From: Candidatus Iainarchaeum sp.
GTDB lineage: Archaea > Iainarchaeota > Iainarchaeia > Iainarchaeales > 0-14-0-20-34-12
DNA: 32,000 bases
NCBI GenBank assembly: GCA_030649345.1
Contig: JAUSKK010000040.1
Coordinates: 1-32,000, forward strand
Reading direction: 5' to 3'
Position 1 is the stretch's first letter; every line of letters starts with the position of its first letter. Below the pieces are notes generated by a model. That model saw only the letters and a program-made list of their open reading frames with translations. It did not search any database and was not told the DNA's origin. Shown piece by piece: positions 1-7,786 of this stretch. The translations under genes and the position numbers were made by a program.

Positions 1-22
1 AAAAACGAAAAGTATTTAAATG

Positions 23-49
23 TCATGATACTATCATGATATATCATGA
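23..49 (+). promoter_or_regulatory. Candidate operator: palindrome TCATGATA-C-TATCATGA (23-39) plus a third TATCATGA half-site (42-49) overlapping the ATG at 46. A TATA-like TATTTAAA lies at 13-20.
   Basis: Exact palindrome and repeated 8-mer read directly. It sits between the TATA-like box and the start codon of a wHTH gene. Confidence 0.4.
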
Positions 50-546
50 AGAATTATGATTCAATCAAGAATGAATTTTCTAATACTAGAGTAGAATTGT
101 CTGAAGTCCTTAAAAAGGTTGCTCCTGAATTCTCGGAATTAAGCCTAGATATCAAAGACCTAGCAAAATACAGCTCAGACCCCTTATTTTTGTCACTTTT
201 AATGTTTCAATTGACCAAAGAACGCGAACAATCCAATAAAATCTTGACACGTATTGAAGAGAAATTTGATCAAATCTTATTTTTCTTCAAAACCCAACCT
301 CACGCCTCTTCTACTCCAACACACGTGGAAGAAAACCAAAAAGAATTCAGTTTGTTAGCTGACCAAGATGAAAAAATCATGGGCTTCATCGAAAAAAATG
401 GTCAGGCTACAGCTGATGAAATCATGAAAGAATTGGACTACAAGAACCAAAATGGTGCCAGCCAACGTTTGAACATGTTGTTCAAACAAGGCTTGCTGAA
501 AAAAATAAGAGCTGGCAAAAAAGTCCATTTCATTAAATCACACTAG
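46..546 (+). CDS. Putative transcriptional regulator with a C-terminal winged-helix DNA-binding domain
   Basis: 166-aa ORF. The C-terminal segment IMGFIEKNGQATADEIMKELDYKNQNGASQRLNMLFKQGLLKKIRAGKKVHF has the MarR/ArsR-like wHTH pattern. The N-terminal half is unassigned. Confidence 0.55.
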   Translation: MKNYDSIKNEFSNTRVELSEVLKKVAPEFSELSLDIKDLAKYSSDPLFLSLLMFQLTKEREQSNKILTRIEEKFDQILFFFKTQPHASSTPTHVEENQKEFSLLADQDEKIMGFIEKNGQATADEIMKELDYKNQNGASQRLNMLFKQGLLKKIRAGKKVHFIKSH

Positions 547-562
547 TAAAAGAACCCACACA

Positions 563-831
563 CCTTTTCTTTTTAAACCAAAGAAAAGGAAACTAGAAGA
601 GAGGCTTTTGCCTCCTTAACTCCCAGAAACTTTTGGCAAAAAGTTTCAACAGAAAAAGGAAAGCGTTGGCAAGTAAAATAACCTTTTTTGCTAAGCAAAA
701 AAGCTTAACCAAAAAGAAAAAATTTGCCAATGCAATATTCATATACTTTTTGTGCAAACAAAAAGGAATGATCAAACCCAAAGACAGCCGTTAAGAAACC
801 CAACCACAACCAATGTTTTTTTCTTAACGGC
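563..831. other. Array of six AU-rich stem-loops in a 370-bp intergenic spacer (candidate structured RNA or protein-binding array)
   Basis: Perfect inverted repeats: 563-572/580-589 (10 bp), 601-605/610-614 (5 bp), 626-634/639-647 (9 bp), 683-692/694-703 (10 bp), 746-753/758-765 (8 bp, GCAA loop), 787-798/820-831 (12 bp). Five share a CTTTT...AAAAG core. Confidence 0.45.
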
Positions 832-889
832 CCCTCCTACTTATTTTTCTAAAATTTAATTAATTTAAATAAAATCTTAAGCAAAGATA

Positions 890-896
890 TTTATAT
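890..896 (+). promoter_or_regulatory. TATA-like box TTTATAT about 21-27 nt upstream of the ATG at 917 (likely leaderless or short-leader transcript)
   Basis: AT-rich TATA-like element at typical archaeal spacing from the start codon. The same arrangement recurs at other genes here. Confidence 0.4.
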
Positions 897-916
897 GTGA
901 AAAAGATATTTTATAG

Positions 917-2416
917 ATGACTTTATTTAAACTGAAATGGGTTAGTCTAATATTAATTTTTGTATTTATTTCTTTAATTATTGTTTTTTTTGGAAGCTCA
1001 AATGTAATTGTTGGCAATTTAATTGGTCTTCAAAATTCGAATGTATTTTCACTTTCATTAACTCCAGTACAGGGAACAGTAATTCCTGGAAGTTCAGTTA
1101 CAACTAGAGTTATTGCAAGTTCAACATCTCAATCAGTTCTAGGCAAGCCAGTGCGACTGAGTTGTTCTCAATTGCCTGCAGGTGTAACTTGCCGTTTTTC
1201 ACCCAATTCATGTGTATTTGCTAGATCTGTGTCCAATTCACCTACGCTTGCTTTATCTTGTGCAAGTACATTGACAGTGAATTCTAGAAATAGTACTCGA
1301 CTGGGTACTTATCCAATTAATGTAACTGGAACTGTTATCGGTACTACTACAGGTCAAATGGCGTCGTATACTTTGCAGGTAATTCCATTGGACTTTTCAA
1401 TAACTGTGAATCCAACAACCAATCTTCCAATTTCACCAGGTCAAACAACCAGTGTTTCTGTCAATGTTAATCCAAATTCATTGTTGTCAAATACAATTAT
1501 TTCATTGGCGTGTATAAATCTGCCTCAAGGAGTTCAATGCCAATTTAATCCAACATCCTGTAAGTTATCTGGAAATAAGTCTCAATCCTGTAGTCAGTTA
1601 ACAATCCAAACTAGTGCTTCATTGTCTTCAATTGAATCTTTGCCAATAACCATTCAAGCAACAGCTGGTGCCATTCAGAAAACAACAATATTTAATTTAA
1701 ATGCGCAAATTCCTCCACTTGATTTTAGTGTCACACTACCACGTCAATCGGAAGCAATATTGCCACCTTATGATGGTCGAAGAATAGTGAGTTTTCCATT
1801 TACTGTTACACGTCTTTCAGGGAATAGAGCTTCAATCGTAAACTTAAGTTGTGTTCCTAGTCTGCAGGCTGTTCAAAATGGTCAGATTGGACTGCCATGC
1901 ACATTGGATAGATCCAGTTGTTCGTTTCAAAATTCAGATATTTGCACTGGAACAGCAACAGTTGGAATAATGGATAGGACTGCAGATGACGTGGATACCA
2001 TTACTATCATGCACATAGTTGGTGATGTTACCACAACGCAGGTACATCGTGAAGCACTTTATACAATTATTGCAAGAAGAGCAAGTTATCGGTTAAGTGT
2101 AATGCCATCAAGTGACGTAACTGTTCCAGGATCAACTATTACCACTACACTTACAGCTATACCTTATGCTGATATGACTCCAGAAGGACGTGTGCGATTC
2201 TTCTGTTCATTAGCCAATCCGTTTCCTTGTACACTAACTCCATCCTACTGTGATCTCGATTCAGGAAATTGTATGACAAACATGGCGATTACAATACCGG
2301 TAACTGCGCCAGCAGGTTATTACAATTTTGATCTGTCTGGGACTACTGCATCTGATTCTACCACTCGCGTTGGTGAAGCCCATACATCATATTCTTTGCA
2401 GGTATTTGTGGAGTAG
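917..2416 (+). CDS. Membrane-anchored or secreted surface protein with four Ig-like repeats, each containing conserved cysteines
   Basis: 499-aa ORF with an N-terminal hydrophobic anchor (VSLILIFVFISLIIVFF). Four units of about 110 aa are rich in S/T/V/N and share a core like LSCSQLPAGVTCRFSPNSC / LACINLPQGVQCQFNPTSC / FFCSLANPFPCTLTPSYC. Confidence 0.7.
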   Translation: MTLFKLKWVSLILIFVFISLIIVFFGSSNVIVGNLIGLQNSNVFSLSLTPVQGTVIPGSSVTTRVIASSTSQSVLGKPVRLSCSQLPAGVTCRFSPNSCVFARSVSNSPTLALSCASTLTVNSRNSTRLGTYPINVTGTVIGTTTGQMASYTLQVIPLDFSITVNPTTNLPISPGQTTSVSVNVNPNSLLSNTIISLACINLPQGVQCQFNPTSCKLSGNKSQSCSQLTIQTSASLSSIESLPITIQATAGAIQKTTIFNLNAQIPPLDFSVTLPRQSEAILPPYDGRRIVSFPFTVTRLSGNRASIVNLSCVPSLQAVQNGQIGLPCTLDRSSCSFQNSDICTGTATVGIMDRTADDVDTITIMHIVGDVTTTQVHREALYTIIARRASYRLSVMPSSDVTVPGSTITTTLTAIPYADMTPEGRVRFFCSLANPFPCTLTPSYCDLDSGNCMTNMAITIPVTAPAGYYNFDLSGTTASDSTTRVGEAHTSYSLQVFVE

Positions 2417-2472
2417 TGACATTTAATTCATTTCTCGTCTTTCAGTTGACTGAAATTTTTGTCTTTTTGAAT

Positions 2473-2819
2473 TCAATTTTTAATCACACGACTGATGTGT
2501 GTTTGCATAATTTTGAAGTGTTGTATTCCAAGTATTGATTTCAGTTGATGAAAGTGCAGGTGTCCAAGCTCCATCTTGGGATTATATTGCTGGATCTTCA
2601 ATCCTTGTTTAAGTGTGCAGGTATAATTCATGCATTCTTGGTTGGTTAAACAATCTGTGTCTAAACAGCATTTATTGCCTGGACTGCTTTGAGATTGTTC
2701 ATCTAGTTAGGTTCAGGTACTGAAACTGGTTGAGTTATGGACTGAGAATTATTGGGTTCCAATGTATTGGTGCAACCTAAAAAGAATAAAATTAAAAAAA
2801 ATAAAACAAACCAACGCAT
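2473..2819 (-). pseudogene. Frameshifted lipoprotein gene: lipobox signal peptide ORF (2703-2819) followed in another frame by a Cys-containing segment (2473-2706)
   Basis: The minus strand reads MRWFVLFFLILFFLGCTNTLEPNNSQSITQPVSVPEPN then TAG. A different frame continues LDEQSQSSPGNKCCLDTDCLTNQECMNYTCTLKQ... to TGA at 2473-2475 with no ATG of its own. The C-x4-5-C-x5-C-x4-C motif resembles the C-terminus of the 23864-24730 lipoprotein. Confidence 0.5.
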
Positions 2820-2863
2820 ACAGTATATTTGGGTGCTGGCTGTTTAAAAGCCTGCATTTGGTT

Positions 2864-3967
2864 TTATTTTTCAATTTTTTTATAGATTTTTAAAAATTCT
2901 GTTTTAAATTTTTCAAATCTATTTTCTTGAATGCTAATTCTTGTTTCTTTCATTAATTTTTGTACAAAAAACAAGTCATGATAGCTTAAATATTTTAATC
3001 CATTTTCTTCGCCTAAAACTTTCAAATGACGAATGTAAGCTCTTGAATAATTTTGGCAAACAAAACATTCACATTCTGGATCCAAAGGCTTCAAATCATT
3101 TTTGTATTGACTGTGTAAAATATTCAAGTTTCCTTTTTGTGTAAAAACCAGTCCATGCCTTGCGCTTCGTGTAACAAAACAGGAATCAAAACAATCAGTA
3201 CCATATCCTATAGTATTCACTAAATCAAACGGAGTTCCCACGCCCATTAAATACCTAGGCTTGTTTTCTGGAATCAAAGGCATACTGGCTTGAATGGCTA
3301 TATTCATTTTGTCTCTGGTTTCCCCGATGCATAAACCACCCAATGCAATTCCATCAAAATCTAAATCTACAATATCTTGCACGCTTTGTTTTCTTAATTT
3401 TTCAATTGTGCCGCCTTGAGCAATTCCAAACAATAATTGTTTTTTTTCTGTGTGCGATTCTTTACATCTTTTTGCCCAAGATTTTGTGCGTTCAACCGAT
3501 TCCTTTAATCTTTTAGGTTCGCTGGTATGCACTGGCACATCATCCAAGCACATAGCAATATCTGCACCCAATGTTTCTTCTATTTCCATTACTTTTTCAG
3601 GTGTCATGAAATGTTTTATTCCATCAAATGGACTTCGAAAATGTACTCCCTGTTCTTCGATTTTAATTAAGAATTCTGGATTCAACATTTGAAATCCTCC
3701 AGAATCTGTAAACATAGGCTGGTTCCAATTAATGAATTTATGAATTCCTCCAGCTTTTTCTATTATTTCCAATCCTGGTTTCAAGTAAAAAATAAATGCA
3801 TTGGATATAATGCATTGAGTTCCTGTTTGTTTGAGTTCTTCAAAAGAAATATGCTTTACACTGCCTTTGGTGGCCACAGGCATAAAGAATGGAGTTTCAA
3901 TTGTGCCATGCTCTGTTTTGAGTTTTCCTGCGCGCGCGAATCCATCTGTGTTTTCGAGTTTGAACAT
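2864..3967 (-). CDS. tgt: tRNA-guanine transglycosylase, catalytic domain only, bacterial/eukaryal-like sequence type
   Basis: 367 aa with FMPVATKGSVK, TDSGGFQ, GGLCIGE, RYLMGVGTP, DCFDSC and the zinc motif CECFVCQNYSRAYIRHL. These resemble bacterial Tgt motifs (LTDSGGFQ, GGLAVGE, LMGVGKP, DMFDCV, CHCAVCQKWSRAYIHHL) rather than archaeosine-TGT motifs. There are no C-terminal C1/C2/PUA domains. Confidence 0.85.
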   Translation of the reverse strand: MFKLENTDGFARAGKLKTEHGTIETPFFMPVATKGSVKHISFEELKQTGTQCIISNAFIFYLKPGLEIIEKAGGIHKFINWNQPMFTDSGGFQMLNPEFLIKIEEQGVHFRSPFDGIKHFMTPEKVMEIEETLGADIAMCLDDVPVHTSEPKRLKESVERTKSWAKRCKESHTEKKQLLFGIAQGGTIEKLRKQSVQDIVDLDFDGIALGGLCIGETRDKMNIAIQASMPLIPENKPRYLMGVGTPFDLVNTIGYGTDCFDSCFVTRSARHGLVFTQKGNLNILHSQYKNDLKPLDPECECFVCQNYSRAYIRHLKVLGEENGLKYLSYHDLFFVQKLMKETRISIQENRFEKFKTEFLKIYKKIEK

Positions 3968-4018
3968 ATACTATTTAGAGTGCATACCTTTTTATTTTTT
4001 GAATCCCTGTAATACTGC

Positions 4019-5314
4019 ATGGCAGATGACTTAAACAAAGAAGCAACGATTCTAGGAAGGCCTGCAAAAGACATTGAAAAATATGGCGAAAAAGGAACTG
4101 CTTATTTAGGAAAAGTGGTCATTTCTTCCGGCGAACAGCCTGTTTTGGGGAGAAAAGTTTTAGTAGATTTAGCCAAGCCTCATTTAATTTTAATTTGCGG
4201 CAAACGCGGAGGCGGAAAGTCATATTCCATGGCAGTTTTGATTGAAGAGTTTGCTAGACTTGATCCTGTGGTGAAAAGCAGAGTTGCTGTAATTGTAATT
4301 GACATGGTTGGAATTTTTTGGTCTTTAAAATTTCCAGACAAATTACATGAATCTGAATTAGCTGATTGGGATTTGAAAGCCAGTGCCAGTCCAGTGAATG
4401 TGTTTGTTCCGCAGGGAAAATTAAGTTTTTATAAAGAAAAAGGAATTCCAGTAGACGGTCCGTTTACAATCAAAGCTTCTGAACTTTCCGGAATTGAATG
4501 GATGGCTTTATTTCAGTTAACTTGGAAGGATGCTGAAGGAATTTTGATTACTCGAGTGATTGAACAATTGCAAGAAAAACTTGGAACGTATTATGGTTTA
4601 GATGAAGTCATTGCCGCAGTTCGAAAAGACGAAGAATCTGAACCTTTAACAAGACAAGCTTTAATCAATAGATTACATGTTGCAAAAGAATGGGGTTTGA
4701 TTGAAAAATCCGGAACCAAAATTCGAGATATTTCTCGACCTGGTTCGATTAATATTATTGATGTTTCTGCTTACAGGCAAGCCATTGGAATGGAAGGAAC
4801 CAAAGATATTATTGTGGCTTTAATTGGAAAAAAATTATTTGAAGAAAGAATGTTGTTTAGAAAAGAAGAAGAAGCAAAAATTATTCGTGGAGAACAAAGA
4901 ACTTCTGATATGCCGATTGTTTGGATGATGATTGATGAAGCGCATATGTTTATGCCAAAAGATGAAGACAATATTGCTTTACGAATTTTATTGGAATGGA
5001 TTCGTGTAGGAAGACAGCCTGGATTGAGTTTAGTTTTAGCAACCCAAAGACCAGAAAGATTACATCCAGATGCAATTTCTCAATGTGATATTTTTATTTC
5101 TCATCGAATGACTGCCCAAGATGACATCAAAGCTGTAAGCTTATTGCGTCCGTCTTATTTACATTCAGATTTTGATAAACTCTATCAAGAAATGCCTCGC
5201 ACCAAAGGATATGCGATTGTCTTGGATGATAATACTGAAAAATTATGGTTAATTAAAGTCAGGCCAAGGTTTAGCTGGGATGCTGGAGTTACTGCCAGTG
5301 CTTTCTTGGAATAA
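4019..5314 (+). CDS. HerA/FtsK-superfamily P-loop ATPase (DUF87-like), soluble
   Basis: 431 aa with Walker A CGKRGGGKS, Walker B VWMMIDEAH and an ATQRPERLHPDAISQCDIFISHRM segment typical of HerA/VirB4-like ATPases. No TM segment, no adjacent NurA-like gene. Confidence 0.7.
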   Translation: MADDLNKEATILGRPAKDIEKYGEKGTAYLGKVVISSGEQPVLGRKVLVDLAKPHLILICGKRGGGKSYSMAVLIEEFARLDPVVKSRVAVIVIDMVGIFWSLKFPDKLHESELADWDLKASASPVNVFVPQGKLSFYKEKGIPVDGPFTIKASELSGIEWMALFQLTWKDAEGILITRVIEQLQEKLGTYYGLDEVIAAVRKDEESEPLTRQALINRLHVAKEWGLIEKSGTKIRDISRPGSINIIDVSAYRQAIGMEGTKDIIVALIGKKLFEERMLFRKEEEAKIIRGEQRTSDMPIVWMMIDEAHMFMPKDEDNIALRILLEWIRVGRQPGLSLVLATQRPERLHPDAISQCDIFISHRMTAQDDIKAVSLLRPSYLHSDFDKLYQEMPRTKGYAIVLDDNTEKLWLIKVRPRFSWDAGVTASAFLE

Positions 5315-5369
5315 GGTTTATTTTTGAAAATAAGGTTTGTTTTTAAACTTTCTCTAGTGAATAAATTAT

Positions 5370-6335
5370 ATGAACTGGTTGTTTTTGGGTTTGTTTTTAA
5401 TTTTCTTTTCTAGCTTAGCTTTAGCTCAAACTGTAACAGATTTTCCTATTCCTGGTTCTGTTCGTTCTGAACCAGTTCAAAATTTTTGGACAGATATTGT
5501 AAATTCTTGTACTTTTTCGTATGGTTTAGATCCGTATATTATTTCTGGTTTAGTTTTAAAAGAATCTGACTTTATTCCAACTATTGTAAATCAAAGTGAA
5601 CAATTAGCTTGCAGTCAAGGTTTTGTTGGTTTTCCATGTCCTGTTCCTGGTTCTGGCTTAATGCAATTAACTGGTCCTTGGGTTGGAGGAACTCCTTTGC
5701 CTAGAGCTGAAGAATATCAATGGAATATGCCGAGTGAAGCTATTCGTTCTGAAGCACCTGTTGTAAATGATTTATTTAATCCTGGGGAAAATTTGTCAAG
5801 AGGTTGCTGGTATTTTAAAGCATTAATGACTCGTTACTCGAATGATATTGTTCGTGCTTTGGCTGCTTATCGTGGTGGATTTTTTGGAGTGGATTCTGGC
5901 GCAGTTCATGTAGAGCCTGCATACGATAATATTGTTTTGAATTATCGAAATTTGTATATGGCTTCTGCTAATATTTCAGAAGAACGTTTGCAATCTTTGC
6001 TAAATCAAATTGATGTAAATAATTCTTTAGATTTAAACAATCCAAGTGACTTGAATATTCCAAGTGATTTGAATAATACTTTGGATGGAAACTTTGATAT
6101 TCCCTTTAATTCCAATTTGCCTTCCAGTGTCCAGCCTGTTTCTGATTATAATTTTCCAAATGGAGTAATTCCGCAAAATGCTTACTTGCCTCCGCAAGAA
6201 CCTGTTCCTGATAATCGTTTGCGTTTGTCTGTTGTTTTAGGTTTGCGTTTGACTACTTTGGGTGTAATGGACAGTTCTCCTAAATCGTATTTGAGTTTGT
6301 TTTTAGCAAACTTAAATAATCCGTCTTTGCATTAA
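5370..6335 (+). CDS. Secreted lytic transglycosylase (SLT-domain) protein with a low-complexity C-terminal tail
   Basis: Signal peptide MNWLFLGLFLIFFSSLALA-QT. The three SLT signature blocks appear in order: LVLKESDF (catalytic Glu-Ser), GSGLMQLTG, ALAAYRGG. The C-terminus has degenerate repeats (SLDLNNPSDLNIPSDLNNTLD). Confidence 0.7.
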   Translation: MNWLFLGLFLIFFSSLALAQTVTDFPIPGSVRSEPVQNFWTDIVNSCTFSYGLDPYIISGLVLKESDFIPTIVNQSEQLACSQGFVGFPCPVPGSGLMQLTGPWVGGTPLPRAEEYQWNMPSEAIRSEAPVVNDLFNPGENLSRGCWYFKALMTRYSNDIVRALAAYRGGFFGVDSGAVHVEPAYDNIVLNYRNLYMASANISEERLQSLLNQIDVNNSLDLNNPSDLNIPSDLNNTLDGNFDIPFNSNLPSSVQPVSDYNFPNGVIPQNAYLPPQEPVPDNRLRLSVVLGLRLTTLGVMDSSPKSYLSLFLANLNNPSLH

Positions 6336-7244
6336 TTAAGAAACATTTCCTGAATCAGTATTTGCGGTTTCAGTGGCTGGTCCATCTAGTAATCCAGGCA
6401 CATAAAAATTCCAAGAAATTTGAGTATTCAAAATTTCTCCGTTTTCGTTTTCAAATGGTTCTGTTTTACTTCCAAATACATTGTTTTCTATGCCTACTTG
6501 CATATTGCTTTGATCTCCGTAATTGGATTCAAATTCTGCATAAATGTCATCTGTGAATGTTCCTTGTAATGGTTCTTCTACACTTTCTGGGCCTGTATCA
6601 TCACAAGGACTATAGGTATCGGCTGTGCCGGATGGCGGTGATTTTTCGTAATAGTATTCAAAACTTGCCTGTGGGTGAGTTGTGCTAAATTGATAATCGC
6701 CTAGTTCGTCGATTTCTAAACTTGCGTTATCTTGTCCTATTTGAGAATTAAATGTTTGACTTCCTTGGCTGGTAAATATTTTAGTATAACATCCTGAGTA
6801 AAAGTCTTTAATATCCCACGAAATAGTTCCATCTACTAAACTATACGTTTTTCCAAAGCCTGTTTTTTTAAATTTTCCTTTAACTTCAATTTTTTTCTGT
6901 CCTTCATATATTTTGATGACTTGATCATCTACATTGTATAAAGTTACTTTGGTTGGCTGAATGTATGTAAATGTGCTTTCTTTTGCTGCAATATCTGAAT
7001 TGTTTGAAGTTGTTCCATCCGGTAAATTTTGAGAATCAATTTGATCTATTGGAACTCCAGTTCCGTTTGAAGTTTCTATGTTTCCGCCAGTTCCTGTTGT
7101 TCCGTTTGTATTTCCAGTTCCTGTTTGATTACCTGCTTGTGTTCCTGTAGATCCACCCAAGTTATTGGTGTCTTGTGTTGGTGGATTGGTGCAACCTAAA
7201 ATTAGAACTAAGGTTATTGCAATTAAGATTATTTTTGACTTCAT
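6336..7244 (-). CDS. Lipobox lipoprotein with a G/T/N-rich linker, function unknown
   Basis: 302 aa. MKSKIILIAITLVLILGCTNPP (lipobox L-G-C) is followed by a low-complexity GT/GN linker and a globular domain. Confidence 0.65.
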   Translation of the reverse strand: MKSKIILIAITLVLILGCTNPPTQDTNNLGGSTGTQAGNQTGTGNTNGTTGTGGNIETSNGTGVPIDQIDSQNLPDGTTSNNSDIAAKESTFTYIQPTKVTLYNVDDQVIKIYEGQKKIEVKGKFKKTGFGKTYSLVDGTISWDIKDFYSGCYTKIFTSQGSQTFNSQIGQDNASLEIDELGDYQFSTTHPQASFEYYYEKSPPSGTADTYSPCDDTGPESVEEPLQGTFTDDIYAEFESNYGDQSNMQVGIENNVFGSKTEPFENENGEILNTQISWNFYVPGLLDGPATETANTDSGNVS

Positions 7245-7259
7245 TAATTATTTATAAGT

Positions 7260-7276
7260 GAATTCTTATATTTAAA
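7260..7276 (-). promoter_or_regulatory. Shared promoter element GAATTCTTATATTTAAA (plus-strand reading) upstream of lipoprotein gene 6336-7244; contains a TATA-like TTTAAATA on the minus strand
   Basis: 16/17 identical to 7787-7803, upstream of the neighbouring lipoprotein gene, at a similar distance from its ATG. Confidence 0.45.
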
Positions 7277-7327
7277 TCTCTGCCATTTAGAATCTTATGT
7301 AAATAATCGCTTTTGCCTAAGTATTTG

Positions 7328-7774
7328 TTAAGTTGTATCTTGTAAATGGTTTTCGCAGCGATATTTTAGTCCTTGTGGTTTCAATACATTATTGTCTGGA
7401 AATTGCCAGTCTGCTGGGCCAAAAATAATAAATTCATTAAGATCCGGGGAACAGCCACCTTTAAAGCCGCCGCTATTTGATGCGTCAATGCATTCGGTTA
7501 TTTTTTTATAGTTCATATCAAAGTATGTAATTTTAGTTGGGTTCATATAACCACCTTGACTTTCAGCAGTGCAAAACCCAAGTTGAGTTCCATTTGAGTC
7601 AAAAAATTTTTCATAACTCGCAAGGTTTTCAGTGCTTGTAGTTCCAGAATTGGTTCCTGAAGAAGTATTGTTTCCTGAATTTGCTAATTGGTTTTTATCT
7701 GGTCCGCCGGTGCATCCGGTTATTAGGATGAAAATTAGTGCTAGTGAGAAAATTATTGGTTTGATTGATTTCAT
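7328..7774 (-). CDS. Small lipobox lipoprotein, function unknown
   Basis: 148 aa. MKSIKPIIFSLALIFILITGCTGGP lipobox, S/T/N-rich linker, and 5 further Cys in the mature part. Confidence 0.6.
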   Translation of the reverse strand: MKSIKPIIFSLALIFILITGCTGGPDKNQLANSGNNTSSGTNSGTTSTENLASYEKFFDSNGTQLGFCTAESQGGYMNPTKITYFDMNYKKITECIDASNSGGFKGGCSPDLNEFIIFGPADWQFPDNNVLKPQGLKYRCENHLQDTT

Positions 7775-7786
7775 TATTTATTTAGG

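Noticed and set aside
593-781. 62-aa minus-strand ORF in the hairpin-rich spacer
   Set aside because: Its sequence (FFFLVKLF..AKKVILL..) is what translating CTTTT/AAAAG palindromes produces. There is no TATA-like box or RBS upstream. It is treated as an artefact of the hairpin array, although a tiny membrane peptide cannot be fully excluded.
563-831. Possibility that the hairpin array is the SRP (7S) RNA
   Set aside because: I could not find the conserved helix-8 features (GNAR loop with the flanking AGCA/GGA asymmetric loops) or a GC-rich closing helix on either strand.
2864-3967. TGT homolog as a DpdA-like DNA-modifying enzyme linked to the adjacent ATPase
   Set aside because: The protein keeps the full set of canonical tRNA-Tgt motifs. 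No other dpd-like genes (DpdB/C, helicases) are nearby, and the divergent orientation to the ATPase gives no operon link.
2941-4074. Six short ORFs (2941-3144+, 3450-3692+, 3689-4012+, 3831-4034+, 3856-4074-) overlapping tgt or the tgt/ATPase spacer
   Set aside because: All are antisense or out of frame relative to a motif-rich TGT gene. They have low-complexity, Cys/Phe/Ser-rich composition and no recognisable motifs.
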